From: Candidatus Dojkabacteria bacterium
GTDB taxonomy: Bacteria > Patescibacteriota > Dojkabacteria > J137
Direction of reading: 5' to 3'
DNA length: 64,000 bases
Assembly (NCBI GenBank): GCA_025999215.1
Contig: AP024679.1
Location: 357,645-421,644 of the forward strand
The position numbers and the translations under genes were made by a program. Shown one piece after another: positions 37,733 to 50,468 of the stretch (position 1 is its first letter; each line of letters starts with the position of its first letter). The notes under the pieces were generated by a model that searched no databases, was not told the DNA's origin, and saw only the letters and a program-made list of their open reading frames with translations.

Positions 37733-40342
37733 TTAAACAATTGCAACGGTTGCGACAACATCATCATCTTTAACTCTCATTAATCGAACACCTGAAGTTT
37801 GTCGGCCTTGAATTGGTAAATCATCAGTTGCGATCCTCACAGCCTGACCTTTTGCGCTTAAAATCAAAAGTTCTTTGTGAGGATGATCTAGTATTCTTGC
37901 AACCACAAGTTTGCCAGTTTTATTGTTAATTTTTGCTGCAAAAATACCTGAACCGCCTCGGTTTTGAATTGTGTAATTATTCAGGGTCGTTAATTTACCA
38001 AAACCTTTTTCGCTTACTGTAAGCATAAAATCTTCATTTTTTCTAACTATATCCATTGATATAACTTCGTCATCTTTTTTTAATCTAATACCTCTAACAC
38101 CTCGTGCGGTTCTACCTGTTTCACGCACATCTGTTTCACGGAAATGTATAGATTTGGCATTTCGGGTAACAATAATAACATGATCATTACCAGTGCTTGG
38201 TTTAACCCAAACTAATTCATCATTATCATCTAGGGAAATTGCAATTAAACCATTAGATCTAATATTATCAAAATGACTTAACTCTGTTTTCTTAACAACT
38301 CCAAATTTTGTTGCCATAATCAAGTATTTGTATTCTATGCCTTGTTTCTCAGATAAAGTTTCACCTTCTTGGCTGATATCTTCATCAATGATTCCTCCTT
38401 CCTTAGACCGTGTTAAAATACTTGTTATCAATTCATCTTGCTCAATATTAATCAAATTAATAACAGGTATGCCTTTGGCTGTTCTTGAATATTCAGGAAT
38501 TTCATGAACTTTCAACGAATAGACTTTTCCTTTGTTGGAGAAAAATAAAATTTCATCATGAGTAGAGCATGTAAAAACATGTCTAACTTCATCGTTTTCT
38601 TTTGTAGTCATTGCTTTTTTCCCTACTCCACCCCTTTTTTGGGCTGAAAGCGCATCATGTTTTACTCTTTTTATATACCCATTTTTGCTTATAGTTACGA
38701 TTGTTTCTTCATTTGGAATTAGATCTTCTTCACTAATTTCGCCTACTCCACCCTTTACGAATTTTGTTTTTCTTTCATCACCAAATTTATTTTTAATTTC
38801 TTCAAACTCATTTTTAATTACATTTAAAATTTTGTCTGGTGAAGATAATAATTCTAGTGTCTCTTTAATTGATTTCAAAACTTGTTTATATTCTTCCTCA
38901 ATCTTCTGTCTTTCAAGAGCTGCTAGTTTTCGAAGTTGCATATCAAGGATTGCTTGAGCTTGAATTTCAGTGAGCTTAAACTTAGTTATAAGAGCTAACT
39001 TTGCGGTTTCTGCATCTTTTGAGCTTCTAATTGTTTGAATTATCTCATCAATGTTATCAAGAGCAATCATTAAACCTTCTAGAATATGTTCTCTTTCTCT
39101 TAGTTTTCCTAATTCAAATTCATTTCTTCTAATTACTATTTCTTGGCGATGAGATATGAAAAGTTGCAAAATTTGTTTAATATTTAGAAGCTTGGGATCT
39201 CCATCAACCAAAGCTAGCATATTGGCATTAAATGTTTTTTGGAGTTCAGTGAACTTATAAAGTTGATTTTGTACAGTTTTTGGTTTTGCTTCTCTTTTTA
39301 ATTCTATGACTATCCTAATTCCCTCACGACTATTTGATTCATCCCTTAAGTCTGAAATCCCATCAATTTTTTTATCTTTATAGAGCATTGCTATTTTGGC
39401 AATTAAATTTGCTTTGTTGACTTGATAAGGCAAATCTGTAATGATTATACGCATTCGGCCATTTTTATGTTCTTCAATTTTGGATGTACCTCTCATCACT
39501 ACGCGTCCTTTTCCTGTTTCATAAACTTTCATTATTTCTTTTTGATCATAAATTGTCCCGCCCGTTGGAAAATCTGGACCTTTTATTTCGGACATTATTT
39601 CGGACACTGACAAACTTGTCTCAAATTTGTGGAATCTATTTTTTGGTAAATTCTCAATATCAGAAACCGTTTTTACTGCATTAGAATAATCAACTTTTTC
39701 GATATCAACAAAATCCCATTCGTTGCCAGCTTCAATCATTTTAATTAAAGCATTCATTACTTCAGTTAAATTGTGAGGTGGAATTTTGGTAGCCATACCA
39801 ACTGCAATTCCTTCTGATCCATTCAATAATAATGTAGGCAAAACAGTAGGCAATACAACAGGCTCTTCTTCGTTTCCATCATAGTTTGGTATAAAATCAA
39901 CAGTTTTTTTATCTAATTCTTCAAGCATTTTGGCCCCGTATTTATCTAACCTTGCTTCTATATATCTCATTGCTGCTGGTGGATCACCGTCTATAGATCC
40001 GTAGTTACCTTGCCCATCAATTAGGGTATATCTCATGTTGAAATCTTGTCCCATTCTGACCAATGCATCAGAAATTGAAGCATCTCCATGAGGGTGATAC
40101 TTACCCATTACTTCTCCAACGATTCTTGCAACTTTTTTATATTGAGAAGAAGGGCCTATATTCATCCTGTGCATGGTGTAAAGAATTCTTCTTTGCACAG
40201 GTTTTAATCCATCACGAACATCTGGAAGTGCTCTTGATACAATTACGCTCATCGCATAATTGATATAGCTTTTCTTAAGCTCATTTACAATATCTTCTCC
40301 AACTGAAGCTTTTTTATTTAATTTGGTTTCTTCTTCAATCAT
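37733..40342 (-). CDS. gyrA: DNA gyrase subunit A
   Basis: RALPDVRDGLKPV, HPHGD, AAMRY, GyrA-box QKRGGVG, six-blade CTD. Confidence 0.98.
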   Translation of the reverse strand: MIEEETKLNKKASVGEDIVNELKKSYINYAMSVIVSRALPDVRDGLKPVQRRILYTMHRMNIGPSSQYKKVARIVGEVMGKYHPHGDASISDALVRMGQDFNMRYTLIDGQGNYGSIDGDPPAAMRYIEARLDKYGAKMLEELDKKTVDFIPNYDGNEEEPVVLPTVLPTLLLNGSEGIAVGMATKIPPHNLTEVMNALIKMIEAGNEWDFVDIEKVDYSNAVKTVSDIENLPKNRFHKFETSLSVSEIMSEIKGPDFPTGGTIYDQKEIMKVYETGKGRVVMRGTSKIEEHKNGRMRIIITDLPYQVNKANLIAKIAMLYKDKKIDGISDLRDESNSREGIRIVIELKREAKPKTVQNQLYKFTELQKTFNANMLALVDGDPKLLNIKQILQLFISHRQEIVIRRNEFELGKLREREHILEGLMIALDNIDEIIQTIRSSKDAETAKLALITKFKLTEIQAQAILDMQLRKLAALERQKIEEEYKQVLKSIKETLELLSSPDKILNVIKNEFEEIKNKFGDERKTKFVKGGVGEISEEDLIPNEETIVTISKNGYIKRVKHDALSAQKRGGVGKKAMTTKENDEVRHVFTCSTHDEILFFSNKGKVYSLKVHEIPEYSRTAKGIPVINLINIEQDELITSILTRSKEGGIIDEDISQEGETLSEKQGIEYKYLIMATKFGVVKKTELSHFDNIRSNGLIAISLDDNDELVWVKPSTGNDHVIIVTRNAKSIHFRETDVRETGRTARGVRGIRLKKDDEVISMDIVRKNEDFMLTVSEKGFGKLTTLNNYTIQNRGGSGIFAAKINNKTGKLVVARILDHPHKELLILSAKGQAVRIATDDLPIQGRQTSGVRLMRVKDDDVVATVAIV
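39587..39606. repeat. TGTCCGAA motif cluster 3 (2 copies, 12-bp period) inside gyrA
   Basis: TTCGGACA at 39587 and 39599 (encodes VSEIMSEI). Confidence 0.85.
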
Positions 40343-40371
40343 TTTATTTTATTTTAAATTAAGTCTAAAAA

Positions 40372-42283
<1,912 letters not shown>

Positions 42284-42335
42284 AGCTTAACGTGAAGATT
42301 TTACCAAATAAATGAAAAATAGTCCAATTAATGAT

Positions 42336-42842
42336 TTATAATTTTTTAGATTTTCTTTCTTGAAATTTATGAAAAATAGCCATTTCCAGCTCTCCGATCA
42401 CAGGAATGCTGTAAGTAACAATGGCTGTTATAAGGATGGCAATAACACTTATTAAAACGTCTACCACCTCAGCAGATCGCCCTGATATTTCAATCTGAAT
42501 TACTTCTTCCATTATAGAGATCAAAGTTGACGCAAAAATAGCTATTATTGTTACCAATGTTTCGATTATTAATACAAATTCTGAGTCTTCAATTTTTTCT
42601 TTTTTGGATCTCCAAGCTGACAATCGTGATACAGTGCTTTTGAGGCTTATGATTATTGATCTAAAAATGAAAATAAACAACATTGAATAAAGTATCATTC
42701 TAAACAAAACTTTAATTATCTGGTCAAGCATTTCATTACTTTCATTGGCTTCTAAGTTTGGCACGGTTGCTAACCAGAAAAGTAAAGCAATAAAAATGAA
42801 GGTGGAGCCCCAAGCATATAGTAAAAACGCAAGTTTTTTCAT
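42336..42842 (-). CDS. VanZ-like membrane protein
   Basis: About 4 TM segments; EEVIQIEISGRSAEVVDVL resembles the VanZ E..Q...PGR....D motif. Confidence 0.55.
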   Translation of the reverse strand: MKKLAFLLYAWGSTFIFIALLFWLATVPNLEANESNEMLDQIIKVLFRMILYSMLFIFIFRSIIISLKSTVSRLSAWRSKKEKIEDSEFVLIIETLVTIIAIFASTLISIMEEVIQIEISGRSAEVVDVLISVIAILITAIVTYSIPVIGELEMAIFHKFQERKSKKL

Positions 42843-42905
42843 AAATCGATAATTTAAAAATAATCAACTACATTATACATAATAATTCTTTATCTTCAAA
42901 ATTTT

Positions 42906-43553
42906 TTAAATTTTGGTGTTTTTAAAATTATTTTCAATAAGAATGTTTAGATTATCAAAAACTAAATTTGATTGAACTGACGAGTTTATGGCTTTTTGTA
43001 AAAAAATTAATTCTCTGAGAATTTTAGGTTTGTTTATTTTTTTTATAGCAAAGTTACTTAAATCTTCTAAAAATTTTACTTGTTCAATTTTGTCTAAGTT
43101 AGCTAACTTTTGAAATTCGATACTTCTTTCAAAATAACTTTTTTTCAGAAAATCTTCAAAATCGACATTTAGATTATTTTTGTAGGTAGGCATAATCACT
43201 ATTCTACATCTCGATTTTATAGTTTCAATTATTGCATCTAAATTTTTTGTTACAAGACAAATTAGGGTGTTTTGAGTGGGCTCTTCAATAATTTTTAACA
43301 GAGAATTTTGTATTATTTCGCTTAAATTTTGAGAATTTTGTATGAGTAAAACTTTAACTCCTTTTTCTGTTTTTTTACTACTCCACTCTAACAAATAGTC
43401 TAGATCTTCTATTTTTAAGGTTTGTCCGTCAAATACCAAGTTAAATTCTTGGTTAGCAATTTGGATATTATTAAATTCTTTTTTAATAATTTCATAAATT
43501 TCATTTGGTGTTACTTGAAATGAATTTTGGATTAATAGCGATTGGTAAATCAT
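42906..43553 (-). CDS. holB: DNA polymerase III delta-prime-like subunit
   Basis: IQNSLLKIIEEP, ETIKSRC. Confidence 0.8.
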   Translation of the reverse strand: MIYQSLLIQNSFQVTPNEIYEIIKKEFNNIQIANQEFNLVFDGQTLKIEDLDYLLEWSSKKTEKGVKVLLIQNSQNLSEIIQNSLLKIIEEPTQNTLICLVTKNLDAIIETIKSRCRIVIMPTYKNNLNVDFEDFLKKSYFERSIEFQKLANLDKIEQVKFLEDLSNFAIKKINKPKILRELIFLQKAINSSVQSNLVFDNLNILIENNFKNTKI

Positions 43554-43641
43554 AATTAAGTTGTCTAAATTATCTTACTTTTTTAACTTTAAGTTTATTT
43601 CTAAATATTGTATATTATTTAAAACTATAAAATTGTAGCAT

Positions 43642-45585
43642 ATGGACTCAAAAAACAATGTATCAAATTCAAATAATGATGATTCTCTAAATAGTAGTTT
43701 GGGAGTTGTACAGTCATCTAATGACGATGCCCTTCCAAATTCAAATCTTTCTGATTCCCAAAGCGATTTAGTTTCTTTATCAAAAAACTTTCTACAACAA
43801 AAAACAAAAAAAACAGATTCAAACCAAAAATCTGCTATCGGAGTCAAAGGCATATCAAATATTTTAGATGCTGTTTTAAGTAAAGGTTTAATAGATATAG
43901 ATCAGTACAATAGTATAAAATTTGAATCCGTAAACACTGGCAAAACAATTGAAAAGATTTTGCTTGAGCAGAATATTGTAGATGAAAAGGAGTTAGCAAG
44001 AATTAACGCTGAGATGAGAGGATTTAGTTTTGCTGACTTGCTAAACATGAATATTGACTCAGATACCATCAATTTGCTTCCTCAATCAATAGCTAGAGCG
44101 AACAAGGCGGTTGTTTTTGAATCTCTACCCAACAAAGTTAAGGTGGCAATGAAAGATCCGCTTGATTTGCAAAAAATTCAGTATTTAGAATCTATTTTGA
44201 AAAAAAGAATAGAGCCTTTTTATGCATCAGAAAGCGATATTAAGCGAATCATTGATACTCGTTATGGTGCTGAAATAAATAAAGAGGTTACAGAGGCGTT
44301 AGAAGATATTGGGGAATATGATTTAAACAAAGCTAAAAAGGAGGCAGAAAATTCTGATGGACAAGATGCACCAATAATTCGATTGGTAAATATGATTTTA
44401 GATTATGGGATTAAAAATAAAGCTTCAGATATACACATTGAACCAAGAGAAACTAAAGTGGCTGTAAGGTTCAGAATAAGAGGAATTTTAACTGAAAAAT
44501 TAACCATTCCAAAAAAGTTACATCCAGCAGTTGTGGCAAGGATAAAAATTTTGTCAAATTTAAAAATTGATGAGCACAGAATACCTCAAGATGGAAGATT
44601 CCCAGTTAAAAATAATGATGTATCAATTGATGTGAGAGTTTCAGTGATGCCAAGTTTATATGGTGAAAAAATAGTTTTAAGATTGCTCGAAAAATCTTCC
44701 GGAATCATGAAATTAGAAGAAACAGGCATTCGTGGAATTAGTTACACCAGACTTAAGGAGGCGTTGAAAAAAACACAAGGATTGATCTTGGTAACAGGAC
44801 CAACTGGAAGTGGAAAGACGCAGACTGTTGCAAGCTGTTTAGACATTATAAATTCCCCTGAAGTTAATATTATCACTCTTGAAGATCCCGTTGAAATTAG
44901 AATTGAAGGCATTAATCAAACTCAAGTGAATCCAGAAGTCGGCCTTACTTTTGCTACTGGGTTGAGATCAATTTTGAGGCAGGACCCAGATATCATATTT
45001 GTTGGAGAAATTCGTGATGGTGAAACAGCGGCTCTTGCAGTGCAAGCAGCTCTAGTTGGAAGATTAGTACTTTCAACATTGCACACAAATAGCGCGGCTG
45101 GAGTCTTTCCTAGGCTTTTAGATATGGGGGTTGAAGTTTTTTTATTAACATCTACAATAAATGTAGCGTTGGGTCAACGTCTTGTTCGTACTCTTTGTGA
45201 AGAATGTAAAGAACCATACAAGGCACCTGATAATATTTTAAAAATTTTACATTCTGAGTTAGATGTATTGGGGAATTTGACAGTTTACGATGAAGCAAAG
45301 CATGTGAAGGCGCATTTCGATAAAAACACAAATGACGTAACATTATACAAACCTGTAGGATGTCCGAAATGTAACGATACTGGCTTTAATGGCCGAATTG
45401 GTATTTTTGAATGTCTGGAAATGTCCGAAAGTATTAAAAAAGCAGTTGTACAAAAAAGATCAATAAGCGAAATTCAAGATATAGCTGTGAAGGAAGGAAT
45501 GATAACAATGGCACAAGATGGGTTTATAAGAGTATTGGAAGGAGTTACAACTATAGAAGAAGTATTAAGAGTTAAAAATGAATAA
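43642..45585 (+). CDS. pilB: Type IV pilus assembly ATPase PilB/GspE
   Basis: ASDIHIEP, PQDGR, GPTGSGKT, LRQDPD, STLHTN, CEEC..CPKC. Confidence 0.95.
   Translation: MDSKNNVSNSNNDDSLNSSLGVVQSSNDDALPNSNLSDSQSDLVSLSKNFLQQKTKKTDSNQKSAIGVKGISNILDAVLSKGLIDIDQYNSIKFESVNTGKTIEKILLEQNIVDEKELARINAEMRGFSFADLLNMNIDSDTINLLPQSIARANKAVVFESLPNKVKVAMKDPLDLQKIQYLESILKKRIEPFYASESDIKRIIDTRYGAEINKEVTEALEDIGEYDLNKAKKEAENSDGQDAPIIRLVNMILDYGIKNKASDIHIEPRETKVAVRFRIRGILTEKLTIPKKLHPAVVARIKILSNLKIDEHRIPQDGRFPVKNNDVSIDVRVSVMPSLYGEKIVLRLLEKSSGIMKLEETGIRGISYTRLKEALKKTQGLILVTGPTGSGKTQTVASCLDIINSPEVNIITLEDPVEIRIEGINQTQVNPEVGLTFATGLRSILRQDPDIIFVGEIRDGETAALAVQAALVGRLVLSTLHTNSAAGVFPRLLDMGVEVFLLTSTINVALGQRLVRTLCEECKEPYKAPDNILKILHSELDVLGNLTVYDEAKHVKAHFDKNTNDVTLYKPVGCPKCNDTGFNGRIGIFECLEMSESIKKAVVQKRSISEIQDIAVKEGMITMAQDGFIRVLEGVTTIEEVLRVKNE
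45361..45429. repeat. TGTCCGAA motif cluster 4 (2 copies) inside pilB
   Basis: TGTCCGAA at 45361 (read as CPK) and 45422 (read as MSE), in different codon phases. Confidence 0.75.
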
Positions 45586-46799
45586 TGAATGATAATTTAA
45601 ACACACAAAATTTACAACAAAATAATCAAAATTTAGGGAATGATAGCTTACCAGTTGAGCAAAAATTTGATAATGGAGTGAGGCAAATTCAAAATACTGA
45701 TCAAATGGCTTCAAATAATATGAATGTCCAAAACTTGGTTCCTAAAGAGATGGGATTATTTGATATATTAAAGCAGGCAATTTTACAAGAGGCCTCAGAT
45801 ATTCATCTTTCAAGTGGTTACCGAGCGATTCTTAGAGTTGATGGAAAATTAAAAACTTTATTTTCTCAAGTTTTAACGTCTGATCAGATTAGAAATTTTG
45901 TAATTGAGATTCTTGGTAACAAAAGAGTTAACTTAGATACAATTGAGCAGCTCGATTTAAGTTATGAGTTTCAACAAAATAGATTTAGAGTAAATATTTT
46001 TAAAGAATTAGGAGAGTTTTCTGTGGTCATGAGGTTAATTCCAAAGACTATTCAGACTATAGAAGAGTTAGATTTACCTGATTCATTAAAACAAATAACC
46101 AATCTATCTCAAGGTTTAGTATTAGTAACTGGTCCTACCGGAAGTGGAAAATCAACTACAATAGCTTCACTAATAAACATGATCAATCTAACTCAGCCTA
46201 GGCATATTATTACACTTGAGGATCCAGTCGAATACATTTTTCCAAAAGGTATGGGATTGGTAGATCAAAGAGAATTTGGTATTGATTTTTCAAAATGGAC
46301 TGATGCAATTAGGTCAACACTCAGGCAAGACCCTGATGTCGTATTGGTTGGTGAAATGAGAGATTTTGAAACCATAGCTTCGACAATTACTTTAGCAGAA
46401 ACTGGCCACTTGGTGTTTGCTACTCTACACACTAATTCTTCGGCGCAAGCAGTAGATAGAATAATTGATGTTTTTCCGTCAAGCCAACAAACTCAAATCA
46501 GGGCGCAACTTGCAAATGTAATTGAAGCGGTTGTATCTCAGAGATTGGTTCCTATTCAAGGAGGAGGTAGAAAACCTGCAGTTGAAATATTATTTGCAAC
46601 TAGTGCAGTTAGAAATGCCATAAGAGAGGCTAAAACTCATCAGATAGATAATTTAATTCAAACAAGTCAAAACTTAGGAATGATGACCATGGAACAATCA
46701 TTAGTTAATATGGTCAGAAGAGGATATATAAGCGTAGAACAAGCAGAAAGAATAAGTTTGAAACCAGACCAAATTAAGTTGTTACTTCAAAGTTCATGA
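45585..46799 (+). CDS. pilT: Type IV pilus retraction ATPase PilT
   Basis: ASDIHL, GPTGSGKSTT, AETGHLVFATLHT, AVRNAIRE. Confidence 0.95.
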   Translation: MNDNLNTQNLQQNNQNLGNDSLPVEQKFDNGVRQIQNTDQMASNNMNVQNLVPKEMGLFDILKQAILQEASDIHLSSGYRAILRVDGKLKTLFSQVLTSDQIRNFVIEILGNKRVNLDTIEQLDLSYEFQQNRFRVNIFKELGEFSVVMRLIPKTIQTIEELDLPDSLKQITNLSQGLVLVTGPTGSGKSTTIASLINMINLTQPRHIITLEDPVEYIFPKGMGLVDQREFGIDFSKWTDAIRSTLRQDPDVVLVGEMRDFETIASTITLAETGHLVFATLHTNSSAQAVDRIIDVFPSSQQTQIRAQLANVIEAVVSQRLVPIQGGGRKPAVEILFATSAVRNAIREAKTHQIDNLIQTSQNLGMMTMEQSLVNMVRRGYISVEQAERISLKPDQIKLLLQSS

Positions 46800-48028
46800 A
46801 TTTTAAGTATGTTGCAATAAATTCTGAAGGAAAAAGAATTGAAGGAAATCGCGAAGCTGACAGTCGTGAAGATGTTGTAAATTTCTTACTTAATCAGGAT
46901 TTAACAATTGTTTCAATAAGTGAAAATATAAATTTAGATTTTAAAAAAATTTTAAGTTCTGATATTGGAGGACTACCTTTGGCAGAAAAATTAGTATTAG
47001 TAAAACAGTTGTCTACAATGATTTCTGCGGGTATTCCACTACTTCAGGCTTTAGACATCTTGGTACAACAAACAGAAAAGGAGGCACTTAAAGAAAAATT
47101 ACAAAAAGTATATGAAGGTGTTGAATCTGGTCAAACACTGTCCAAATCTTTTGCTAAGGTTGGCGGAATTTTTTCTGAAGTTCAACTGAGTTTAATATCT
47201 GCTGGAGAACAATCAGGAAATCTTGCAGAGATGCTATTAAAAGTTACAGATGATCTAGAAGAGAGTAAAAATTTAAGAGGAAAAATTGTTGGGGCATTGA
47301 TTTATCCGGCAATTATTTTGACAGTGTTGGTTGTGGTTGTGGTTGTAATGATTGTCTTTATGGTTCCTCAAATTGAAGCTTTATACGAAAGTTTGAATAG
47401 AGATGATTTAGAGTTACCTATAACCACCAGGTTTTTTATTTTTATTAGCAACTTTTTTAGAAATCCATTTGGTTTAATTATATTTTTAATATCTATGTTT
47501 GGGCTTTATCTGGGCTTTAGAGCTTATGCATCTACTCCTGGTGGTAGGTTAAATGTAGATAGATTTAAACTCAAAATACCTGTTTTTGGAAAATTAATTA
47601 TAAAAGCTGAATTAACTCAATTTACAAGAGTTTTATCTATGTTATTACAAAGTGGAATTCCGATAATAGAATCAATTAAGATAACTGCTGAGGCACTTGG
47701 TAACGAAGCGTTCAAGCAAACAGTTAAAGCTTCTGTTGATGGCGTAAAAAAAGGAGAATCACTTTCTGTATCACTGGCAAAGAATAATAAGTATAACGTT
47801 TTGCCGCTTATTTTGTTGAAAATGATAGCGACAGGTGAAGAATCAGGCAAACTAGATAAAGTTTTGGAAGATATAAGTAGATTCTATAACGCAGAAGTTA
47901 AACAGACCACTGATAATTTAACTAAACTTTTAGAACCATTTATTCTATTGTTTGCTGGGGTTATGGTTGCTTTTTTAGCTTTGTCTATATATTTGCCAAT
48001 ATATCAAATTATGAATGCAGTTCAATGA
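46796..48028 (+). CDS. pilC: Type IV pilus platform protein PilC/GspF
   Basis: QLSTMISAGIPL, AGEQSGNL, ALIYP, GEESGKLD, LLEP, IYLPI. Confidence 0.95.
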   Translation: MNFKYVAINSEGKRIEGNREADSREDVVNFLLNQDLTIVSISENINLDFKKILSSDIGGLPLAEKLVLVKQLSTMISAGIPLLQALDILVQQTEKEALKEKLQKVYEGVESGQTLSKSFAKVGGIFSEVQLSLISAGEQSGNLAEMLLKVTDDLEESKNLRGKIVGALIYPAIILTVLVVVVVVMIVFMVPQIEALYESLNRDDLELPITTRFFIFISNFFRNPFGLIIFLISMFGLYLGFRAYASTPGGRLNVDRFKLKIPVFGKLIIKAELTQFTRVLSMLLQSGIPIIESIKITAEALGNEAFKQTVKASVDGVKKGESLSVSLAKNNKYNVLPLILLKMIATGEESGKLDKVLEDISRFYNAEVKQTTDNLTKLLEPFILLFAGVMVAFLALSIYLPIYQIMNAVQ

Positions 48029-48044
48029 TTCGGACATTCGGACA
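48029..48044. repeat. TGTCCGAA motif cluster 5 (perfect tandem, intergenic)
   Basis: TTCGGACATTCGGACA begins on the base after the pilC stop codon. Confidence 0.9.
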
Positions 48045-48154
48045 AGGGTAAGTTTTTTGTTTAGTTTTAGATATAGTTTGAAAATGTATTGACAAAAAAT
48101 AAAAAAATTGAGAAATTGATATAGTCATATTAATTTATTTGTTAATTCAAAAAT

Positions 48155-48598
48155 ATGAAAAATAAAAAAGCGTTTACGCTACTTGAACTGATGGTAGCAA
48201 TGGGAATTATTGCGATTCTTGCTGCTATCAGTGTAGTAGGTATTTCTGTTGTGCAAAGATCTCTTAGAAATACGGAAAGGAGAAAGGTCTTAGAGAATAT
48301 TAATCTCTCTATAGCTGAGTATTTTGGAACTTATGGGGAATATCCAGCACTGGGAGCAGGTGGATTGCAATTCTTCACAGACAGAGTTGAATTAGAAGGT
48401 AATGTGATTGTAGAGTTGAATGGAGCTACTCAGGCAACTAATGGTACCGATACAACATCTGGAGCAACAGCATATTGTTATACTCAAATCAATGGTGGTG
48501 GATCATATTCTTTAGGAGTTGATTTGGAAGGATCAAATTGGGGATTCCAGCTAGGAGACCCATTGCAAGCTGATTGCGCTACACAAAATGTATTGTAA
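48155..48598 (+). CDS. Type IV pilin (probable major pilin)
   Basis: KKA|FTLLELMVAMGIIAILAAI; C-terminal Cys pair; own intergenic upstream region. Confidence 0.9.
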   Translation: MKNKKAFTLLELMVAMGIIAILAAISVVGISVVQRSLRNTERRKVLENINLSIAEYFGTYGEYPALGAGGLQFFTDRVELEGNVIVELNGATQATNGTDTTSGATAYCYTQINGGGSYSLGVDLEGSNWGFQLGDPLQADCATQNVL

Positions 48599-48619
48599 AA
48601 GGTGTAAAAATAGTTATTT

Positions 48620-49087
48620 ATGAAAAATTTATTGAAGAAAAATTTAGGCCGTAAGCCTAAATTTTTCTTTGTCGACAAAACCAAAAAAGCTTTCACCATG
48701 ATTGAAATAGTGGTGGGCTTAGCTGTGATTACGGTTTTAGTTGCTCTAGGTGTAACAGGAATTTCAATTTTACAAAAAAATAGTCGCGATTCAATGCGAA
48801 AAGAAAAGTTACTTGAAGTTGCAACTTTGGTTGAAAATTACTTCCGTGAGAATTTGACATATCCTAGTTCTCAAAGCCTTGTTTTTAGTGGCAATCAAAT
48901 TTTACTTGAAGGTGATATAGTATCAGATATAAAAGGTCATTTACAAGTTGGGGATGTAACTACATCTTCGCAAACTAGATATTACTATCAAGCTACTTCA
49001 AGTGGTTATGCCTTGTGTGCAGTTTTAGAAAATAATAAAGTTTATTCAGCGGGAAAAATTGAGTGTCCGGATCCTTCAATGTGGTAG
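48620..49087 (+). CDS. Type IV pilin
   Basis: KKA|FTMIEIVVGLAVI; YALCAVLE. Confidence 0.88.
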   Translation: MKNLLKKNLGRKPKFFFVDKTKKAFTMIEIVVGLAVITVLVALGVTGISILQKNSRDSMRKEKLLEVATLVENYFRENLTYPSSQSLVFSGNQILLEGDIVSDIKGHLQVGDVTTSSQTRYYYQATSSGYALCAVLENNKVYSAGKIECPDPSMW

Positions 49088-49093
49088 CTTGAC

Positions 49094-49924
49094 ATGCTAT
49101 TCTTAAGTATGGAAAATTTATTAATTTTGTTAGGTTTCTTGTTAGGAGGCATAGGTGCAAAGTTGAGTGCGTTTTATATTGCATCAAATCTAAATCTCAA
49201 AAATTTTAAAAACGTAGAAAGTAAGAGAAATTTTTACATTTTTTTTCCTTTAAGTTCTTTTTTCTTAAAAAATAATTTTTTGAAAAAGGAAATTTTTCCA
49301 ATTTTATTTCTTGAACTTTTTGGAATGGTTTTAGGTGGAGCTTTTGTTGTCTCCATCTTGAAATATATTTCAACATTACAATTAAATTTTGCAGGAGAGG
49401 TTTTTATGGTTTCAATTTTTTTAGTTGTAACTTTTACTCTATTGTTTTTATCTGTTTTTGATATATTGACTTTAAGTGTGCCTACCAATTTGGTTAAAAG
49501 TTTATATATTTTTACGATATTGATTAATTTATTCATAGCTTTATTAAAACTTCTATCACTAAGATTTGGTTGGGGTATGTTTGTAGAAAATGTTCCGTTG
49601 GGCGGATTTGATAACTTAATATGCGCCTTATTATTATCTTTGTTAGTTTGGTTACTTTCAAAGTTAACCAAAGAATCTGCAATGGGGATGGGTGATGTCG
49701 ATATCGCTGGAATTGTAGGAATAATGCTGGGATGGCCAAATATTATTGCAGGATTTATGTATACCTTGTATGTTGGTGGCTTTGTTGGGATAATATACAT
49801 GATATTTTTAAAAAAATTTAGAGACACGCTAGTTCCATTTGTTCCGATTATCACTTTAGGGTTTGTATTGAGTTTGGGGTTTTATAAAATTGTTACAGAT
49901 TTATTTTTGTATGGTGTATATTAA
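49094..49924 (+). CDS. pilD: Prepilin peptidase (A24 family) lacking the Cys/Zn N-domain
   Basis: SVFD and MGMGDV (GxGD), VPFVP; multi-TM. Confidence 0.8.
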   Translation: MLFLSMENLLILLGFLLGGIGAKLSAFYIASNLNLKNFKNVESKRNFYIFFPLSSFFLKNNFLKKEIFPILFLELFGMVLGGAFVVSILKYISTLQLNFAGEVFMVSIFLVVTFTLLFLSVFDILTLSVPTNLVKSLYIFTILINLFIALLKLLSLRFGWGMFVENVPLGGFDNLICALLLSLLVWLLSKLTKESAMGMGDVDIAGIVGIMLGWPNIIAGFMYTLYVGGFVGIIYMIFLKKFRDTLVPFVPIITLGFVLSLGFYKIVTDLFLYGVY

Positions 49925-50468
49925 AAAAGCTTTTTCATTGTTAGAAATAATTGTAGTTTTGGGGATTACCGCTGCAGTTATGAGCGGTGGGGTTTTGGCG
50001 TTGATCAGGTTTCAAGATTCAGCTGAATTTAATAGATATTTTTCTGATACTGTTTCTTTGATTAAGACAACTCAAAATCGCTCATACAATGGTGTTTTAA
50101 GTCAGACCAAATCGCTAGCTCTTGGTGGAAATGCGCTAGAATCAGTACCAGAATACTATGCAATTATCATTGATGAGAATGATGATTCGATTGGTCTTTA
50201 TTATTGTGATGAAACATTGACTGGTATTTTATCGTGTTTTCGAGAACAAGAAATTTTAGTAATTGATTTTCCAAGTGATATTCAAGTTAGTAGTACTGGG
50301 TGTAGTGGTGTTGGGTTTAAAACTTTAAATCCAGATATAATTTTAATAAATTCTAATGGGACTTTTACAACCAACGGAGTGTGTGAAATCACCTTGACAC
50401 ATACTAACCTAAATCGAAATAATACTTTAGAATTTAATGCAGATAACAATGTTTTTGAACTTAATTAA
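49911..50468 (+). CDS. Minor pilin
   Basis: MVYIKKA|FSLLEIIVVLGI. Confidence 0.85.
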   Translation: MVYIKKAFSLLEIIVVLGITAAVMSGGVLALIRFQDSAEFNRYFSDTVSLIKTTQNRSYNGVLSQTKSLALGGNALESVPEYYAIIIDENDDSIGLYYCDETLTGILSCFREQEILVIDFPSDIQVSSTGCSGVGFKTLNPDIILINSNGTFTTNGVCEITLTHTNLNRNNTLEFNADNNVFELN

